Of a stretch of DNA of 64,000 nt, positions 61,269-64,000 are shown one piece after another. Numbering within the stretch: position 1 is the first letter of the stretch; each line of letters begins with the position of its first letter. The position numbers were made by a program, and so were the translations under genes. Under the pieces are notes generated by a model, which saw nothing but the letters and a program-made list of their open reading frames with translations, did not search any database and had not been told where the DNA came from. Source of the stretch: an uncultured cyanobacterium (GTDB taxonomy: Bacteria > Cyanobacteriota > Cyanobacteriia > Cyanobacteriales > CAWCAG01); assembly GCA_963803805.1 (NCBI GenBank), contig CAWDOD010000003.1, positions 544,001 to 608,000 on the forward strand, in the 5' to 3' direction.

Positions 61269-61487
61269 ATGAATCCAGTCAAAATGCCTCCTGTCCAATT
61301 GCTACCTGGCGCTATTTCAGAAATTTTGGCTTCTAGTAGCCAAACAGGTAGACTGACTAAAGCAGATCGTTATGGATTAATGGCAGCAGCTTTTGATGAA
61401 CTCTTAGTAGAAGAGGAGAGGAGAGCGATTAATAGGTTATTGAGGGCAGTTGTGAAAGGTAGGGTTAAGATTACAAATGAGCTTTAG
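61269..61487 (+). CDS. Conserved cyanobacterial hypothetical protein
   Basis: LLPGAISE...LTKADRYGLMAA...EEERRAINRLLRAV.KGR. Confidence 0.8.
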   Translation: MNPVKMPPVQLLPGAISEILASSSQTGRLTKADRYGLMAAAFDELLVEEERRAINRLLRAVVKGRVKITNEL

Positions 61488-61702
61488 TTCTATTTTTTCG
61501 GTTGAAAATTAATTAGTTGGTTTGGCATATTACCAACTAATGTTTGTTTGCTAGAGAAAAGTTGTAACTGAAATCACTTAGTCTCAGTTTTCTTTATCAC
61601 CCTTTAGACTGATTGCTTTCACCCTTGTCAAGGGGGAGAAATCACTTAGGTTTGCTCTAAAAAAAGTGATACTAATCTTGTAGAAAGTAATTAGTAAGCA
61701 TT

Positions 61703-61870
61703 ATGATTTTAATTAGAGAAATGGCTAAACAAGCTTTTAATCAAGGTATTTCAAACCAGTCCCTTGAAAAACAGGTAAGCCAAAACCCAACTTCAGTCGT
61801 CACTATGGATAACAGTTATTCTGGTTTACAGCAAGCTATTAAAATAAATCAGATGAAGCCTAAAAACTGA
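61703..61870 (+). CDS. Small hypothetical protein (55 aa)
   Basis: Not in ORF track: MILIREMAKQAFNQG...LQQAIK; resembles a small cyanobacterial family by recall only. Confidence 0.45.
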   Translation: MILIREMAKQAFNQGISNQSLEKQVSQNPTSVVTMDNSYSGLQQAIKINQMKPKN

Positions 61871-62085
61871 AGTTAGTTAACTGTGGTTAATTCTTCAAGG
61901 TTATGTATATTTAAACACTGTTTTTCTCAAATAAAAATGCTTATGAAATTTCTAGGTTAATAAAGGGGAAGTTATACGAAAATCAAACTCTAAGACAACA
62001 TCAGCGCAAAGCCTAACTTTAGATACTTAAGAGAGTAGCTTTCTAAGTTACAACATCTTACTCTTTTGTAGAAAGGTTAAAATCA

Positions 62086-62259
62086 ATGAATGTATCATGG
62101 AAGCAGCTAGCAGTCAGACTAGTTATTTGGCTATTTGCTGAGGCACTCCTTAACTTCCTGGGATTAGATAGTATTGCTGACTATAGTGAATTTATATTTG
62201 AACCCAGACACTACACTATACAAATTGCTCCAGCCCGCTTCTTGGAGACAAAAATTTAA
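62086..62259 (+). CDS. Small conserved cyanobacterial membrane protein (57 aa)
   Basis: Not in ORF track: MNVSWKQLAVRLVIWLFAEALLNFLGLDSIADYSEFIFE...; AAAGG SD. Confidence 0.7.
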   Translation: MNVSWKQLAVRLVIWLFAEALLNFLGLDSIADYSEFIFEPRHYTIQIAPARFLETKI

Positions 62260-62421
62260 AAACAGTATTATAGTCCTTTAACTACTTATTCTAGAAGCAT
62301 AAACAAATTAATATTTTGTTGTGAAAGTTTACCCTTTAGTTCAGTTGTTAATTAAATAATCACTATAATCCTAAAAATTTTAGACATTATTAAATATCTA
62401 ACCTTGAATAACCTTCATACC

Positions 62422-62907
62422 ATGTCTAAAAGCAAATTCAATAATCCTTTTAATAGTTATGATACTTATCCCTGTCCCATTTGTCGTCGGGGCAAGGTTT
62501 CTAGTATGCCTTTGATGGAAGCTTTTGCTTGTGACTTTTGCAGCCATATTTTTACGGTGGATTTTGAGAAACAGTTAATAAAAATTGCTGACAGGCAGCT
62601 ACCCCTAAGTTGGCATTGGAATGGTAAAAGTTGGCACAGCTTGCAGCAACAGAAGACAGAGGCTGCTTGGATTTATACTATAGCCGGATTTATTTTTCTG
62701 ATTCTGCCTACTACTATTGTGGGTTTGGGAGCTTATCTATTTCCTCCTCTGCCTGGAAGCCCTTTGGCTTGGTTTCCTGTTTTTTGGACTGGGTTAACTT
62801 TTTTAGCCCATTTAAGTTTTATACTCTGGATTACTGTTGAATATTATCAGTTTCCCATCTTTTTATATTTAAGGGCTACAGGAAGGAATTTGTTGCACTT
62901 GAGATAG
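62422..62907 (+). CDS. Zinc-ribbon membrane protein
   Basis: YPCPICRRG...FACDFCSHIF, WHWNG, two TM helices. Confidence 0.8.
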   Translation: MSKSKFNNPFNSYDTYPCPICRRGKVSSMPLMEAFACDFCSHIFTVDFEKQLIKIADRQLPLSWHWNGKSWHSLQQQKTEAAWIYTIAGFIFLILPTTIVGLGAYLFPPLPGSPLAWFPVFWTGLTFLAHLSFILWITVEYYQFPIFLYLRATGRNLLHLR

Positions 62908-62969
62908 TGACAACTTGCTACAAGTTGATGCTTCTTGGTAAAATTTAACTCTATAATGTAGCAAGGTAT

Positions 62970-63041
62970 GCGGGTATAGTTCAGTGGTAGAACGTCACCT
63001 TCCCAAGGTGAATGTCGTGGGTTCGAGTCCCATTACCCGCT
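62970..63041 (+). tRNA. tRNA-Gly(CCC)
   Basis: Acceptor stem GCGGGTA/TACCCGC, anticodon arm TCACC-TTCCCAA-GGTGA, T loop GGTTCGAGTCC; CCA not encoded. Confidence 0.97.
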
Positions 63042-63168
63042 TATTTGATAAGTTGTGATTGCTTCTTTAAGCATAGTTGCAAGCTTAGCATTGAAAAGTT
63101 AAGAGTGCGATCACTTCAAAAAATTCTTTAAGACTTTTTCCAATTAAGCTTTTTTTGCTCAACTAAAC

Positions 63169-63330
63169 GGTTCTACCGAACTTAGAATGTAAGATTAGCA
63201 AAAGAACAATGCCAAGTCAAGAAGCTTAGAAGAGAAAAGTTTTCAAAGTTTCTGAATCCATAAGCTCTCCTTTTAATCAACTTCAACTTGTTGTTAATTC
63301 CTTCCACTACTCCTTGAGTTGTACCCTTAA
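63169..63330 (-). pseudogene. ISL3-family transposase C-terminal remnant with right end
   Basis: TTQGVVEGINNKLKLIKRRAYGFRNFENF motif, then ...TTCGGTAGAACC terminus. Confidence 0.82.
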
Positions 63331-63432
63331 TCGGTGAGACTATATTTGATATAGAAGAGTTTATCATAGCTGTCTATGTTGAAATTAACGGGGGTGAAGG
63401 GGTGAAAACTATTTCCTATTACTTAAGTTCCC

Positions 63433-64000
63433 ATGACTGCCACTTGGACAAAAAAACATATCCTTTCCTTAGCTGACTTTTCTCCTGGGGAGTACAACAC
63501 TGTGTTGCAAACCGCAGCAAGTTTTCGAGAAGTACTTTCCCGACGAATGAAGAAAGTTCCTACCTTACAAGGACAAGTAGTAGCCAACCTCTTCTTTGAA
63601 CCTTCTACTCGCACCCGTAGCAGTTTTGAACTAGCCGCTAAACGCCTATCCGCCGATACCCTCAATTTTGCCCCAGGCAGCTCTTCTCTGACTAAAGGCG
63701 AAACCATTCTTGATACAGCCAAAACTTATCTGGCTATGGGTGCAAACATGATGGTTATTCGTCATCGCGAAGCAGGAGTTCCCCAAACCATTGCTGAAGA
63801 AATGGATCATTTAGGAGTACAAGTTGGTATCCTCAATGCTGGAGACGGACAACATGAACATCCTTCCCAAGCTTTATTGGACTTATTTACCATCTGCTGC
63901 TGTTTAGATCATCACCAACCTCACCTCGAACTACTTAAGGGTAAAAAGGTTGCTATTGTGGGAGATATTATTCACTCACGAGTCGCTAGATCCAACCTTT
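63433..64000 (+). CDS. pyrB: Aspartate carbamoyltransferase catalytic subunit, 5' part
   Basis: Not in ORF track. Manual translation: [16 protein letters not shown]...[19 protein letters not shown]...KGETILDT...IRH...[16 protein letters not shown]...[12 protein letters not shown]. Confidence 0.96.
   Translation, partial: MTATWTKKHILSLADFSPGEYNTVLQTAASFREVLSRRMKKVPTLQGQVVANLFFEPSTRTRSSFELAAKRLSADTLNFAPGSSSLTKGETILDTAKTYLAMGANMMVIRHREAGVPQTIAEEMDHLGVQVGILNAGDGQHEHPSQALLDLFTICCCLDHHQPHLELLKGKKVAIVGDIIHSRVARSNL

Larger units (their letters stand above)
1..64000. repeat. HIP1 (GCGATCGC) dispersed throughout
   Basis: Examples at 430-437, 2122-2129 and 46084-46091, with many others in coding and intergenic DNA. 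Confidence 0.9.

Noticed and set aside
63423-63722. 99-aa minus-strand ORF
   Set aside because: It is antisense to pyrB.
1-64000. CRISPR array or cas genes
   Set aside because: No 25-40 bp repeats with unique spacers were seen; the tandem repeats are 7-mer STRRs.

Overview
Cyanobacterial chromosomal segment, identified by frequent HIP1 GCGATCGC octamers, heptamer STRR repeats, and ccmP, ho1, desA/desB, txlA and a GUN4-domain kinase. Most of it is ordinary housekeeping DNA (rpsF, selD fusion, GH13 sugar phosphorylase, infB, mscL, two mscS, dxr, cobB, ggtA-like ABC ATPase, LCP, manC, tspO, tRNA-Gly, pyrB). The left end (1-6.3 kb) is accessory. It is a DNA phosphorothioation locus: the 5' part of dndC (absent from the ORF track) plus a divergent DGQHR/DndB-family gene. 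Between them lies an HTH-STAND NTPase-TPR gene split by a -1 frameshift at a T TTT TTA heptamer. That gene shares a divergent promoter carrying direct repeats with an unannotated 54-aa hydrophobic peptide gene, which makes it the best candidate for an undescribed peptide-sensing or defence-regulatory module. An IS982 follows, inserted into an STRR. Other notable items are a glutamine (glnA-type) riboswitch before a small membrane protein, a candidate anti-SD sRNA upstream of cobB, a PatX-like RGSG peptide ORF, an orphan RHH gene with repeated operator-like boxes, an RnfD-like/DUF2330/thioredoxin trio, a split XPB/Bax1 pair and several GTAG-type REP elements. All calls come from reading the sequence and recalling family motifs; no searches were run.
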